From Bacillota bacterium (lineage in GTDB: Bacteria; Bacillota; Sulfobacillia; JAJZYS01; JAJZLH01), in contig JAKAUI010000035.1 of NCBI GenBank assembly GCA_021827745.1, positions 1,953-65,952 on the forward strand: DNA of 64,000 nt. The letters are read 5' to 3'. Under the pieces are notes generated by a model, which did not search any database, was not told the DNA's origin, and worked only from the letters and a program-made list of their open reading frames with translations. Of the stretch, positions 42,160 through 52,078 are shown piece after piece. The translations under genes and the position numbers were made by a program. The stretch's first letter is position 1. Every line of letters starts with the position of its first letter.

Positions 42160-42734
42160 CGGCGCACCGTCAGACGCGGTTCCTGATGCGCCAGCAGACG
42201 CTGGATGTTGGGCGCGTGGCGGATCAGCATCAGGAGCCACAGTCCGAGCACCAGGATCCGGCTGGGCGTGGAGGCGGGAAGGACCAGCAACGTGACGAGC
42301 GCCGCGGTGGCGCCGAGCAGGGCCGAACTGGACACGATGCGGGTGGCCAGCAGCATCCCGAGGAAGACGAGCACGGCGACTAGGGCGGCGAGCGGGCTGG
42401 TCAAGAGAAGCACGCCCAAAGAAACGGCCACCACCTTGCCGCCGTGAAAGCGCAGGGTGAAGGGATAGGCATGGCCAATGCCGGCGCCCAGGCCGCCCAG
42501 CACAAACCCCCAGGGACCGACCAGAGAGAGACCGATCAGGGCGGCAACGGCGCCCTTTCCGGCGTCCAGGAGCAGCACGAGCAACCCGGCCGCCGGCCCC
42601 AGCGCCCGGTTCACATTGGTCGCTCCGATGTTGCCGGAGCCGACCTCTTGCAGGCGCACGCCCCTCAGACTGGCCAGCAGCACCCCGAACGGGATGGACC
42701 CAATCAGGTATCCGAACACGGCGCTCTGAACCAC
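42156..42734 (-). CDS. plsY: Acyl-phosphate:glycerol-3-phosphate acyltransferase
   Basis: GTG 42734, 6 nt after GAGGGGGG. GYLIGSIPFGVLL, GSGNIGATNVNRALG, LLDAGKG. Confidence 0.85.
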   Translation of the reverse strand: MVQSAVFGYLIGSIPFGVLLASLRGVRLQEVGSGNIGATNVNRALGPAAGLLVLLLDAGKGAVAALIGLSLVGPWGFVLGGLGAGIGHAYPFTLRFHGGKVVAVSLGVLLLTSPLAALVAVLVFLGMLLATRIVSSSALLGATAALVTLLVLPASTPSRILVLGLWLLMLIRHAPNIQRLLAHQEPRLTVRR

Positions 42735-42759
42735 CGAAAGCCCCCCTCGGCGGAGTTGC

Positions 42760-43878
42760 TCAGAAGAAGACGGCCAGCTTGTACAAGAACGGGAAAGCCA
42801 GGGGCGACAGGGCCGGCGTGTAGGTTGCCGCACCGACGGTCAGAGTGATTCGGCCTGGCAGCCCCTGACCCCCTGCCGACGGCGCCCAGGCAACCTTGAC
42901 GGGCGTGCCCTTGGCGCCGACCAGAAGCAGGGAGTGGGCGAGGCGCAGCGGGACCGAAAAGCCAAACGCCAGGTGGGCCACGGCCACCACGGTGCCCTTC
43001 GGCAAAAGCCGCGTGGTGTCGTGCTGGTCGATGTAGCCCACGAGCTGGTGGATGGAGGCGAAGATGGGGGCGAAGCCGCCGGGACCGTCCAGATAGATGC
43101 CCACCAGCAGCGGGTGGCCGGGCAGGCTGGTGCGGACGGCCCAGTCCAGATTGCGCCCGGACTGCGGCGTCCAGCCGGTCTTTACGCCCACCGTCCCGGG
43201 GACGATCGAGAGCAGCTGGTTCAAATTGGTGACGGTGCCGAGGTCCGGAATGGACATCTGCTTGGTGCGCACGATCTGGGCAAACGTCGCATTGGCCAGT
43301 GCCCGCTCGGTCAGGGCCAGGAGGTCCTTAGGCGAGCCCTGGTCGGCCGGGGAGAGTCCAGATGGGTCTTGATAGGCGAGATGGGTGAGCCCCCAGGCCT
43401 TGGCCTGCCGGTTCATCTGCGCCACGAAGGCGCTCTCGCCTCCGGGGTACAGCGAGGCCAGAATCGTGGCCGCATTGTCCGCCGACGGCAGCAGCATGGC
43501 GTAGAGGAGATCAGCCACGGAGTACTGCTGTCCGGCCAGCACCTGCATCACGCTGTCCCCTTGGGCCAGCTCCTGGCGCGACTGCTGCTGCTCTGCGGCC
43601 GTGATGGTGACGGTGCGGCCCAAGGGGTAGTTGGCGGAGTTCAGCACCACCATGGCGGTCATGATCTTGGTCAAAGACGCCAGCGGCCAGGGTGTGCTTC
43701 CGCTGGCCTCGGCCAGGGTGGCGTCTCCCAGAGACAGGGCGTAGCGAGGTGTGGGGAAGCTGGGAAACGAGGTTGAGGTGGCCTGTCCGCTCAGCGCTGC
43801 CAGCGCCACCGGAGTCACCTTCGCCGGCACCTTGACCAGGCGGCCGACCACCAGCGACGCGGCGGTGGCGAGCAGCAC
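42760..43878 (-). CDS. D-alanyl-D-alanine carboxypeptidase (S11, PBP5/6-like)
   Basis: SxxK (ASLTKIMT), SxN (PSADNAA), KTG (VKTGWT). A hydrophobic N-terminal segment continues in frame upstream of GTG 43878 as far as the stop at 43923-43925, so the true start is uncertain. Confidence 0.8.
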   Translation of the reverse strand: MLLATAASLVVGRLVKVPAKVTPVALAALSGQATSTSFPSFPTPRYALSLGDATLAEASGSTPWPLASLTKIMTAMVVLNSANYPLGRTVTITAAEQQQSRQELAQGDSVMQVLAGQQYSVADLLYAMLLPSADNAATILASLYPGGESAFVAQMNRQAKAWGLTHLAYQDPSGLSPADQGSPKDLLALTERALANATFAQIVRTKQMSIPDLGTVTNLNQLLSIVPGTVGVKTGWTPQSGRNLDWAVRTSLPGHPLLVGIYLDGPGGFAPIFASIHQLVGYIDQHDTTRLLPKGTVVAVAHLAFGFSVPLRLAHSLLLVGAKGTPVKVAWAPSAGGQGLPGRITLTVGAATYTPALSPLAFPFLYKLAVFF

Positions 43879-44116
43879 CAGGGCGATGAGCCAGCGAAAC
43901 AGGGTGCGCGTGAAGATGGCCTCCTATGAAAGAGGGCAGCGGGTGAATCTCCGACACCGGTCATCCTACCCCATCGCCGCCTATGGTGGCGACCTGGGGG
44001 CCGGGGAGAAGAAAGTTCGCCGGGGCAGAATGCCGCTTGACAGACTCCGGGAGAATCAGTACGGTGCGATAGTGTTCGGAAGCCAATAGTGCGAAACCGT
44101 AGAAAATGCGAGGTGG

Positions 44117-44581
44117 ATGGCAACGGCCGATGCGTACGATTTGATGGAGCTGGTGGGTCGGGCCCGCAATCTGGTGCTGAAACGGCTGCGGGCGTCGTGG
44201 GGGGAGCTCCTGCCCGGCGCCGACCTCAGCCTGGAGGAGGCCATGGTGCTGTTCAGCCTGCGCCAGTGCGACCAGACCACCCCTGGGGAGCTCGCCTCCC
44301 GCCACGAGGTGCCGAAAAGCACCATGACCGGGATCCTAGACCGCCTGGTCGAGAAGGGTCTCGTCCGCAGATGGCCGGATGACAAGGACCGGCGCCAGGT
44401 GCACGTCGCCTTGGCGGAGGCTGGTCGGGACAAGCAGATCGATCCTCGCCGGATCGGCGATGCGATCAAAGCAGAGTTCGCCCATGCCTTGTCCAGGCTG
44501 TCGCCTGCTGATTTGGACAAATTGGACCAAGGACTGAACGCCCTGATCGATGCCCTGCACAAGGAGGATGACGTGAGATGA
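44117..44581 (+). CDS. MarR-family transcriptional regulator
   Basis: LSLEEAMVLFSLRQCDQTTPGELASRHEVPKSTMTGILDRLVEKGLVRRWPDDKDRRQVHVAL. Confidence 0.85.
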   Translation: MATADAYDLMELVGRARNLVLKRLRASWGELLPGADLSLEEAMVLFSLRQCDQTTPGELASRHEVPKSTMTGILDRLVEKGLVRRWPDDKDRRQVHVALAEAGRDKQIDPRRIGDAIKAEFAHALSRLSPADLDKLDQGLNALIDALHKEDDVR

Positions 44582-45273
44582 AGGGTGCCGCAAGAATCCT
44601 GTTGATCAACGTGGTGGTGCTGGTGGTGCTGGCTGGCGCCGCCTACATCGGCTACAGCTACTGGTACCAGGGATACACGTACGTGACGACGTCCAACGCC
44701 CAGGTGAGCGCGCCGATTGCGACGCTGGCGGCTCCGGCCACCGGTGTGCTGACCAGCTGGAACGTCTACCTCGGTGAGCAGGTCGCGAAAGGCCAAGTGC
44801 TCGGTGAGGTCGCCATGGCGGCTCAGCCGACGGCTGATGCCGGGGCGGCAGGCTCCGCGGCGGCTCAGACCCTGACCCAGGTTCCGGTCAAGGCGACCAG
44901 CGCCGGGGTCGTTGGCCAAGTCGACGTCCCGAACGGCTCTACCGTGGAAGCCGGCCTGCCGCTGCTCAGCGTGGTTCAGACCAGCCAGCTCTATCTGATC
45001 GCCAACGTCGCCGAGACCTCGATCACGAGCGTCAAGGTCGGCCAGAAGGCGACGATCACGGTCAGCGCCTATCCGAACCAGACCTTCACCGGCTACGTGT
45101 CTGAGATCGGCCCGGCCACCGCCGGCAGCTTCTCTCTGCTGCCGACCCAGAACACCACGACCGACTTCACGCCGGTCACCCAGGTGATTCCGGTGCTGGT
45201 CCGCCTCGACTCCACCTTCGGCGACGTGCTGCGGGCCGGAGAGAGCGCCACGGTTCAGATCGCGATCCACTAG
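44578..45273 (+). CDS. HlyD/EmrA-type membrane fusion protein (short form)
   Basis: ATGA overlap with marR. N-terminal TM segment, then VTTSNAQVSAPIATLAAPATGVLTSWNV...GQVLGEV. Confidence 0.7.
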   Translation: MKGAARILLINVVVLVVLAGAAYIGYSYWYQGYTYVTTSNAQVSAPIATLAAPATGVLTSWNVYLGEQVAKGQVLGEVAMAAQPTADAGAAGSAAAQTLTQVPVKATSAGVVGQVDVPNGSTVEAGLPLLSVVQTSQLYLIANVAETSITSVKVGQKATITVSAYPNQTFTGYVSEIGPATAGSFSLLPTQNTTTDFTPVTQVIPVLVRLDSTFGDVLRAGESATVQIAIH

Positions 45274-45286
45274 AGGGGGTGCGACC

Positions 45287-46804
45287 ATGGCCCAAAACCA
45301 AGAGGTGAGCGGCTCCTGGGGTCTATCCCTGGCCGTGACTGTGGTTGGCGCCTTCATGGCCATCCTTGACTCCTCGATCGTCAACGTGGCCATTCCGCAC
45401 ATCATGCTGGTCTTCGGCGTGTCCACCCAGTCGGTGCAGTGGATCGTCACCATCTATCTTTTGGCGCTCGGCGTGGTGGTCCCGCTCAGCGGCTGGCTGT
45501 CCGACCGGGTCGGAATGAAACAGCTGTACATCGCCTCTCTTTTGGTGTTCACGTTTGGGTCCGCCCTCTCGGCGATCGCCCCGACGCTCGGCTTTTTGAT
45601 CGTGGCCCGGGTGATCCAGGCCATCGGCGGCGGCATGATCATGCCGGTCACGATGTCGATGGTCTACCGCATGGTGCCGAGGGACCGCATCGGCACCGCC
45701 ATGGGCTTCTGGGGCCTGTCCCTGTTGCTGGCGCCGGCCCTGGGGCCGACGCTCGGCGGATATCTGGTGCAGTACGTGGACTGGCGGTGGATCTTCACCA
45801 TCAACATTCCGATCGGCATCCTCGGCTCGATGGCCGCCGTCGCCTGGCTGCCGAGCTTCAGCCATCGACCGGCCGGGCGGCTCGACTGGCTGGGCACGAT
45901 CAGCTCAGCCACCGGGCTCTTCTGCCTGCTGTTTGCCTTCACCGAAGGGCAGACCTGGGGCTGGGGGGCGGAGTCGATCGTCTTCTTCTTCTACGCCGCA
46001 GCCGTCGCCCTCGTGTTCTTCGTCTTCTGGGAGCTATACGGCGCCAAGGAGCCGCTGCTCGACCTGCGCGTCTTTCGCTACGGGTCGTACACGGCCAGCA
46101 TCATCGCGTCTGTGATCATCAACGTCGGCATGTTTTCCGCCCTCTTCTTCGTGCCGCTGTTCTTGCAGAACCTGCGCGGGCTCTCGCCGTTCGATACCGG
46201 CCTGGCGATGATGCCCGGCGCCCTCGCCACCGGCGCCGTGATGCCGTTTGCCGGCCGCATCTACGACCGGATCGGGCCGGTCATTCCCGGCGTGGTCGGC
46301 TTTGTGGTGATGGCCTATGGCACATTCTTGTTCCACACCATGACGGCCACCGTGCCGATCTCCCTGATCGTGTTCTGGATGATCATCCGCGGCCTGGGCA
46401 TGGGGTTGTGCATGATGCCCCTGATGACCGGCGGCATGTCGGTGGTGCCCAATGCGCTGATTCCGCGGGCCAGCGCCGTGCAGAACATCATGCAGCGGAT
46501 CGCCGGGTCGTTCGGCATCGCCATCCTGACCTCTGTGATGCTGAACCAGCAGGGGGCATACGCCGCTCAGATCGGTTCCACCGTGACGGCCGCCTCACCG
46601 ATGGCACCGGCCATCTTGGCTCAGGGTCCGAGCCTTCTGGTGACCCTGTGGCAGGCCGTGCAGGGAGAGGCCCTGATCCGGGCCATGGACAACGTCTTCG
46701 TGCTGGCGGCCGCCCTGCTTCTCTTGGCGATCATCCCGGTCCTGTTCGTCCGTCGCCATCTCAATCCGGATGCCGAGGCCGCCGGCCTCGCCCTGGTGGA
46801 GTGA
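45287..46804 (+). CDS. MFS drug:H+ antiporter, DHA2 (EmrB/QacA, 14-TMS) family
   Basis: 505 aa. LDSSIVNVAIPHI, GWLSDRVGMKQ, RVIQAIGGGMIMP. Confidence 0.85.
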   Translation: MAQNQEVSGSWGLSLAVTVVGAFMAILDSSIVNVAIPHIMLVFGVSTQSVQWIVTIYLLALGVVVPLSGWLSDRVGMKQLYIASLLVFTFGSALSAIAPTLGFLIVARVIQAIGGGMIMPVTMSMVYRMVPRDRIGTAMGFWGLSLLLAPALGPTLGGYLVQYVDWRWIFTINIPIGILGSMAAVAWLPSFSHRPAGRLDWLGTISSATGLFCLLFAFTEGQTWGWGAESIVFFFYAAAVALVFFVFWELYGAKEPLLDLRVFRYGSYTASIIASVIINVGMFSALFFVPLFLQNLRGLSPFDTGLAMMPGALATGAVMPFAGRIYDRIGPVIPGVVGFVVMAYGTFLFHTMTATVPISLIVFWMIIRGLGMGLCMMPLMTGGMSVVPNALIPRASAVQNIMQRIAGSFGIAILTSVMLNQQGAYAAQIGSTVTAASPMAPAILAQGPSLLVTLWQAVQGEALIRAMDNVFVLAAALLLLAIIPVLFVRRHLNPDAEAAGLALVE

Positions 46805-46805
46805 C

Positions 46806-47420
46806 GTGAGCGCAGCTCTGGTGCCGATTGCCGTCGGATTCGCCACCGCAGCGCTGGCTATCTTGGTGATCTTGAACCTGACCCTGGCCCGTGGAGCGAG
46901 ACGGGCCGACGGGGCAGAGGGGCCGGACGCCAAGCCGTCCGAAGCCGAGACCGCGCCGACAGAGAGTGCGCAGATCGAGCGCCAGGAGCCCGGACCGGAG
47001 TCTGAGCTCGAACTGCCGTCCTTTCAGGATCTCGATCAGCTGCGCCGCCTGCCCGGGGTGCGGGGGGTGGCGCTCTGGGGCCCGCACGGTGCCGTGCTGA
47101 GAGCTGAGGGAGAGCTTCTGGAGACCATCTTGCCGGAGGCGGTCAAGGTGCTGGAGACGCTCCGCCACGTCGGAGGAGCGGTCGGCTCCGGACCCTGGAT
47201 GTCGTTCAAGGTGGAGGGGCTGACCGGATCGATCTACGGCGCCAAGATGCACGGCGTGTCTTTGGTGGTGGTCACAGACCCTTCGGCCGAGGCCAACCAG
47301 ATCGAACGCCACGTCTACCAGGCGACCCTGCATGCCCCCGGCCAGCTGGCCGAAGACCGGCCCCAGGTGCAGGACGCCGCCGAGGCGGACCAGGAGGCCG
47401 ACGAAGAGACCTCATCCTAA
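46806..47420 (+). CDS. Membrane-anchored Roadblock/LC7-like domain protein with an acidic tail
   Basis: GTG 46806, 1 nt after the MFS gene's stop. TM segment ALVPIAVGFATAALAILVILNL. LRRLPGVRGVALWGPHGAVLRAEGE...GSIYGAKMHGVSLVVVTDPSA fits the Robl_LC7 pattern. Confidence 0.5.
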   Translation: MSAALVPIAVGFATAALAILVILNLTLARGARRADGAEGPDAKPSEAETAPTESAQIERQEPGPESELELPSFQDLDQLRRLPGVRGVALWGPHGAVLRAEGELLETILPEAVKVLETLRHVGGAVGSGPWMSFKVEGLTGSIYGAKMHGVSLVVVTDPSAEANQIERHVYQATLHAPGQLAEDRPQVQDAAEADQEADEETSS

Positions 47421-47457
47421 GGAAGCGACAAGACCGGAAGGCGCAGACTAGGGGCGA

Positions 47458-48087
47458 CTAGCCCAGGGTATCGAACTGGCGGTCGCCGGCGTCTCCCAGT
47501 CCAGGCACGATGAAGGCCTGGTCGTTCAGCTGGCTGTCCAGCGCCGCGGCGTAGACCTTGACCGTCGGCGCCTTGGCTGCGAGCAGCCTCACCCCGTCAG
47601 GGGCCGCCACCACGCACAGGAGCCGGATCTCCCGGACTCTGGCCTCGCTCAGGAGCTCGGCGGAGAAGGCGGCAGAGCCGCCGGTGGCCAGCATCGGATC
47701 GAGCATCACGGCGATCTTGCCCTCGACGGCCGCCGGCAGCTTGGCGTAGTACGGAACAGGCCGGCGCGAGTCCTCGTCGCGGTAGACCCCGAGATGACAG
47801 ACCGAGGCCTGGGGAAAGAGCGTGTGCACTGCCTCGACCATGCCGAGACCGGCGCGCAGCACCGGCACCAGCACCAGCTGCGCGCTCTCAAGCCGCGCCG
47901 CAGACGCCCGGGCCAGTGGCGTGGTGACGGTCAGCGCCTCGGTTGCGAGGTCTCTCGTAGCCAAGACGGCCAGGACTGTTGAGATGTCCCGCAGAGCGAG
48001 ACGGAAGGCCGCCGGATCGGTGCGGGCATCGCGCAGCTGAGTCAGGCGGTCATCGATCAGCGGATGGCGGACGACTGTGAATGGCAC
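47458..48087 (-). CDS. upp: Uracil phosphoribosyltransferase
   Basis: VRHPLIDDRLTQLRD, PVLRAGLGM, MLDPMLATGGSA, VPGLGDAGDRQF. GTG 48087 follows GAGGAGCGAGGG. Confidence 0.9.
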   Translation of the reverse strand: MPFTVVRHPLIDDRLTQLRDARTDPAAFRLALRDISTVLAVLATRDLATEALTVTTPLARASAARLESAQLVLVPVLRAGLGMVEAVHTLFPQASVCHLGVYRDEDSRRPVPYYAKLPAAVEGKIAVMLDPMLATGGSAAFSAELLSEARVREIRLLCVVAAPDGVRLLAAKAPTVKVYAAALDSQLNDQAFIVPGLGDAGDRQFDTLG

Positions 48088-48166
48088 GAACAATCCCTCG
48101 CTCCTCACGAGACAGTGACACCCGATATGCCCTTGGCGTTGTGCAGGAGAGAGTCCTGCCTCGTCC

Positions 48167-49099
48167 CTAGGTCTCTGGCCGGATCGGCAGCTCGGACGGC
48201 GGATTTGGTCTCAGCCGACTCAGGCTGACGACGCAGACGGCCACCACCACCAGGCCGCCGCCCAGATAGCCCTGGGCGGACAGCACCTGGCCGAGGATCA
48301 GCCCGCCGAACACCGCCGCCGCAGCGGCCTCGGCCGTGGCCAGGACCGCCGCCTCAGTGGCCGCCATCCGGCTCACGCCAAACAGGTAGAGGCCAAAGGG
48401 AATGAGGGTGCCGCCGATCACGACCGATGCCACGAGCAGCCAGCCGAAAGGCCGAAGGTGTGGCGCCGTCCAGGGCGGGGCGACGAACGAGAAGGCGAGG
48501 CCGCCCAGCAAAAATCCGTAGGCGGTGGTGGGCCAGGAACCGATCCGGGCCATCAGGCGACCCGGATAGATGGTGTAAAAGGCAGCGGCCACGGCCGAAC
48601 CGAGCCCCAGGACCAGGGCGGGCCCGGAGATGTCGGCGCCCGCCCCGGAGAGGGCGAGCAGGGTCGTGCCGATCACGGCGACCGCCACGCCGCCGATCAT
48701 GCGCACAGTGGCCCTAAGCTCGCGGGCCAGCAACTGCCAGCCCACGACCAGGGCCGGTGAGAAGTACTGCAAGAAGGTGGCGGTGGCCACGTTTGAGGCG
48801 GCGATCGCTCCGAAGTAGGTGAACTGGACCAGTCCCAGGCCCAAAATGCCGAAGACGGCCAGCGGCAAGAGATCGCGGCGCAGGTCGATTTTGGGCCGGA
48901 GCAGCAGGAGCAAGACCACCCCCGAGGCGAGCATGCGGACCGACACCAGCCAGGCCGGCGACACCCCGAGCTTCTGAAACAGGATTTGGGCGATGGTCCC
49001 GCTCAGCCCCCACAGGCAGGCGGCAGTCAGCACGGAGGCCACGGCCAAGCGGTGGGTCGAGGACGACGCAACAAGACGCCCTGGCGATGGCGCGCTCAT
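48167..49099 (-). CDS. EamA/DMT-family transporter
   Basis: 310 aa, 10 TM segments, two EamA-like repeats. ATGA overlap with the dinB stop. Confidence 0.75.
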   Translation of the reverse strand: MSAPSPGRLVASSSTHRLAVASVLTAACLWGLSGTIAQILFQKLGVSPAWLVSVRMLASGVVLLLLLRPKIDLRRDLLPLAVFGILGLGLVQFTYFGAIAASNVATATFLQYFSPALVVGWQLLARELRATVRMIGGVAVAVIGTTLLALSGAGADISGPALVLGLGSAVAAAFYTIYPGRLMARIGSWPTTAYGFLLGGLAFSFVAPPWTAPHLRPFGWLLVASVVIGGTLIPFGLYLFGVSRMAATEAAVLATAEAAAAAVFGGLILGQVLSAQGYLGGGLVVVAVCVVSLSRLRPNPPSELPIRPET

Positions 49100-50394
49100 T
49101 TCGGCCTTGGCGGCCGACCCTTCTGCCGCTGGTCGGACCGGGCCGCCAAGGCGCCGGTGCGGAAGGACGACCCATGCCGGGTCGCATCGTAGAGCTCCTG
49201 GCCGGCCGAGCCGAGCGTCGACGCCCAGAGCATGGAATCTTCGCCAAAGCGCCCCCGGATCTGGTCCAGAGTCTCGGCCAGCGCCCGCCTGGCCTGCCCG
49301 GGTGCGTCGAACAAGGTGGCAGGCGGCTCCTCGATCGGCGCCAGCCCGGAAACCGAGACTCCGGCCAGCCGACAGGGGAAGACGCTCTCAGGGAACCTCG
49401 CCAGCAAGGACAGCACCTGCCGGAAGATGTCTTCGGTCAAACAGACGGGCTGCTTTGCCGTTAGCTGGCGGTCGTGGCTGGAAAAGAACCGGTCGCGCAC
49501 GGTCAGGGAAACCTGCCTGCCGGCCAGTCCCGAGCGGCGGAGCCGGGAGGCGACCTGGTCAGAGAGGGCGAGCAGGATCGGTCGCAGACCCTCTTGACTG
49601 GCGATGTCCTGGGCGAAGGTCAGCTCGTGACTGATCGACTTGGCGGGGCGGGTCGCCTGGCGCACGGCAGATGGGCCCTCGCCGCGCAGTTCGGCCTGGA
49701 AGGTGCTGCCGGCCTGTCCGATCAGGGAGACGAGCTGATGCGGCGGGGCCGCTGCCATTTGGCCGATGGTCAGAATCGAAAAGGCCTGCAGCCGCTCTGC
49801 CGTCTTGGGTCCGATGCCATGGAAGGCTTCGATCGGCAGTGGGTGCAGCTCCTGTGGCACGTCTTTTGGGTGCAGCCAGAACACGCCTGAGGGGTCTTTC
49901 TTGGCAAGATGGGACGCCATCTTGGCCAGAAACCGCGTCGTCGAGATGCCGATCGAAACGGGAAGGCCCAGTTCGCGCCCAATCGTCCCACGAATTTCAG
50001 CACAGGCGGCCCACGCGCCCTTGACCAGGATCGGGCAGCCATCGAGGTCGAAGAAGGCCTCGTCGATCGACACCCATTCCACGAGCGGTGTGAACCGCTC
50101 GATCAGGGCGCCCATCGCCTCCTGGGTGCGGCGGTAGAGCTCGTGGTCCGGCGGCACCACGGCCAGATCCGGGCAGGCTAGAAGCGCCTGGCCAAGCGGC
50201 ATGGCGGTGCGCACACCGCGGGCGCGCGCCTCGTAGCTGGCGGTGAGCACGATCGACCGCCGGTCGCTGGGGTCGATCGCCACCGCCAGCGGCTGCCCGG
50301 CGAGCGAGGGCTCGGCGATCGCAGCACAGCTTGCGAACATGGCGTTCACATCGACCAGACAGATCGTCTTGGCGCGCCCAGTCCCTTCAGCCAC
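49096..50394 (-). CDS. dinB: DNA polymerase IV (Y-family)
   Basis: ORF 49096..51108 trimmed to GTG 50394, 7 nt after GGAGG. ICLVDVNAMFASCA, LTASYEARARGV, VSIDEAFFDL. Confidence 0.85.
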   Translation of the reverse strand: MAEGTGRAKTICLVDVNAMFASCAAIAEPSLAGQPLAVAIDPSDRRSIVLTASYEARARGVRTAMPLGQALLACPDLAVVPPDHELYRRTQEAMGALIERFTPLVEWVSIDEAFFDLDGCPILVKGAWAACAEIRGTIGRELGLPVSIGISTTRFLAKMASHLAKKDPSGVFWLHPKDVPQELHPLPIEAFHGIGPKTAERLQAFSILTIGQMAAAPPHQLVSLIGQAGSTFQAELRGEGPSAVRQATRPAKSISHELTFAQDIASQEGLRPILLALSDQVASRLRRSGLAGRQVSLTVRDRFFSSHDRQLTAKQPVCLTEDIFRQVLSLLARFPESVFPCRLAGVSVSGLAPIEEPPATLFDAPGQARRALAETLDQIRGRFGEDSMLWASTLGSAGQELYDATRHGSSFRTGALAARSDQRQKGRPPRPK

Positions 50395-50491
50395 GCTGGT
50401 GCCTCCGATCCACGATCCAGAAGGGCTCTTCCGCCCCCTAATGGAAGCACATTCAGTCCCCTCGCGGACGGTGCGCCTCAAGGAGGATGAC

Positions 50492-51274
50492 ATGGCAGAG
50501 TCGGTTGTGAGTGCAAGAGACCAGGCCGTCGCCACCATCACGCTGAATCGGCCCCAAGCGCTGAACGCCCTGACCCAAGAGCTGCGCGCCGACCTGCGCC
50601 GCGAGCTCGACGCTGCCTGCTCCGACCCCGCGGTGCGCGCAGTGGTCCTGACTGCTGCCGGCCGCGCCTTCTCAGTGGGCCAGGACCTGCAGGAGATGAA
50701 ACGGCTTGAGGACGCCGGACACGATATGGAGAGATTGGTCATGGACGAGTACATGCCGATCTTTCGCATCCTGCGTGAGAGCCCCAAGCCGATCGTGGCC
50801 GCCCTGAACGGACCGGCCGTCGGCGGCGGGCTGAGCCTGGCCCTGGCCTGCGACATCCGACTGGCCACGCCCAAGGCCAGCCTGGTGGCCGGGTTCGTCA
50901 AGGTGGGGCTGAGCCCCGATACGGGAGCGAGCTTTCTCCTGGCGAGGAGCGTGGGCCTGGCCAAGGCGCTCGAACTCTGCCTGACTGGGGATGCGCTCTC
51001 GCCGGAGGACGCCCGCAGCCTCGGTCTCGTGCGCGCCGTGCTGGACGATCCACCGGCGATGCTGACAGCTGCAAAGGAGCTGGCGCGCGGATTGGCCAGC
51101 GGACCCAACCGTGCCCTGCAAGAGATTCGGCAGGTGCTTTACCAGGCGGCCGAGGACTCGTGGGAAGAGGTGGTGGCGGCCGAGCTGGCGGCGCAAGTTC
51201 GGCTCGGATCAAGCGCCGATCACCCGGAGGCGGTGCGTGCCTTTTTGGAGAAGAGGCCGCCCCAGTTCGAGTAG
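50492..51274 (+). CDS. Enoyl-CoA hydratase/isomerase (crotonase) family
   Basis: ATG 50492 follows AAGGAGGA. ATITLNRPQALNAL, AAGRAFSVGQDL, ALNGPAVGGGLSLALACD. Confidence 0.85.
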   Translation: MAESVVSARDQAVATITLNRPQALNALTQELRADLRRELDAACSDPAVRAVVLTAAGRAFSVGQDLQEMKRLEDAGHDMERLVMDEYMPIFRILRESPKPIVAALNGPAVGGGLSLALACDIRLATPKASLVAGFVKVGLSPDTGASFLLARSVGLAKALELCLTGDALSPEDARSLGLVRAVLDDPPAMLTAAKELARGLASGPNRALQEIRQVLYQAAEDSWEEVVAAELAAQVRLGSSADHPEAVRAFLEKRPPQFE

Positions 51275-51300
51275 GCGAGACGAGATGGGGGCGCGGGTAA

Positions 51301-52077
51301 ATGTTGCCAGAGAAGACGTTTGAGGATCAGGTGGCGATCGTCACCGGTGGCGGGTCGGGCATCGGTCTGGCCGTGGCCACAGAGATCGCCCGCCTAGGGG
51401 GAGCGGTGGTGCTGGCCGGACGCAAGCCCGAGCGGCTGGACGCGGCGGTGGCCGATCTGACGGCCTTGGGCGCCAAGGCGCTGGCCCAGCCCACGGACGT
51501 GCGCCAGCCTGAGCAGGTGGACGCCCTGGTCGAGGCCGCCCTGGCCTGGGGCGGCAGAGTCGACATGCTGGTCAACTCCGCAGCCGGAAACTTTCTCGTG
51601 GATGCCGACCAGCTCTCGGTCAACGGCTGGCTGGCCGTCGTGAACACGGTGCTGAACGGCAGCTTCTTTTGCACCCGGGCCGTCGGCCGGGAGATGATCA
51701 AGGCGCAAAGGGGCGGGCGCATTGTCTCGATCGTGGCCAGCTACGCCTGGACAGGCGGGCCGCACACCGTGCACTCGGCCTCGGCCAAGGCCGGGGTGGT
51801 GGCGATGACGCGCACGCTGGCTGTGGAGTGGGCGAGACATGGGCTCCGGGTCAATGCGGTCTGCCCCGGGCCGACCGACACCGAAGGGGCCAGACCGCTG
51901 TGGCAGGAGCCGGCCGCGCACCGCCGCCTGCTCGACAGCATTCCGGTCGGCCGCTTCGCCAGGGCCGAGGAGATCGCCCAGGCCACGACCTATCTCTTGT
52001 CGCCCTATGCCGACTATGTGAACGGCGAGGTGTTCGTGATCGATGGCGGCGAGTGGTTGGGCAAGGGGCTGAGCTGA
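51301..52077 (+). CDS. SDR-family oxidoreductase (2,4-dienoyl-CoA / trans-2-enoyl-CoA reductase-like)
   Basis: VTGGGSGIGLA, NSAAGNF, SASKAGV (YxxxK region variant), GEVFVIDGG. Confidence 0.75.
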   Translation: MLPEKTFEDQVAIVTGGGSGIGLAVATEIARLGGAVVLAGRKPERLDAAVADLTALGAKALAQPTDVRQPEQVDALVEAALAWGGRVDMLVNSAAGNFLVDADQLSVNGWLAVVNTVLNGSFFCTRAVGREMIKAQRGGRIVSIVASYAWTGGPHTVHSASAKAGVVAMTRTLAVEWARHGLRVNAVCPGPTDTEGARPLWQEPAAHRRLLDSIPVGRFARAEEIAQATTYLLSPYADYVNGEVFVIDGGEWLGKGLS

Positions 52078-52078
52078 G

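Noticed and set aside
48109-48166. Hairpin GCAGGA-CUCUC-UCCUGC upstream of upp, considered as a PyrR-type attenuator
   Set aside because: The purine-rich GGAGAGAG string that resembles the PyrR box is on the wrong (plus) strand. The sense RNA lacks the UCCAGAGAGG core and has no U-tract.
50395-50491. Looked for a LexA/SOS box upstream of dinB
   Set aside because: Only a weak GAAGCACATTC (GAA-N5-TTC) is present. It matches neither CGAAC-N4-GTTCG nor CTGT-N8-ACAG, so I make no call.
50395-51108. N-terminal 238 aa of the 670-aa dinB ORF
   Set aside because: This part lies antisense to the enoyl-CoA hydratase gene and is Ser/Arg/Ala-rich. Y-family polymerase similarity begins at ICLVDVNAMFASC, and GTG 50394 has a well-spaced GGAGG.
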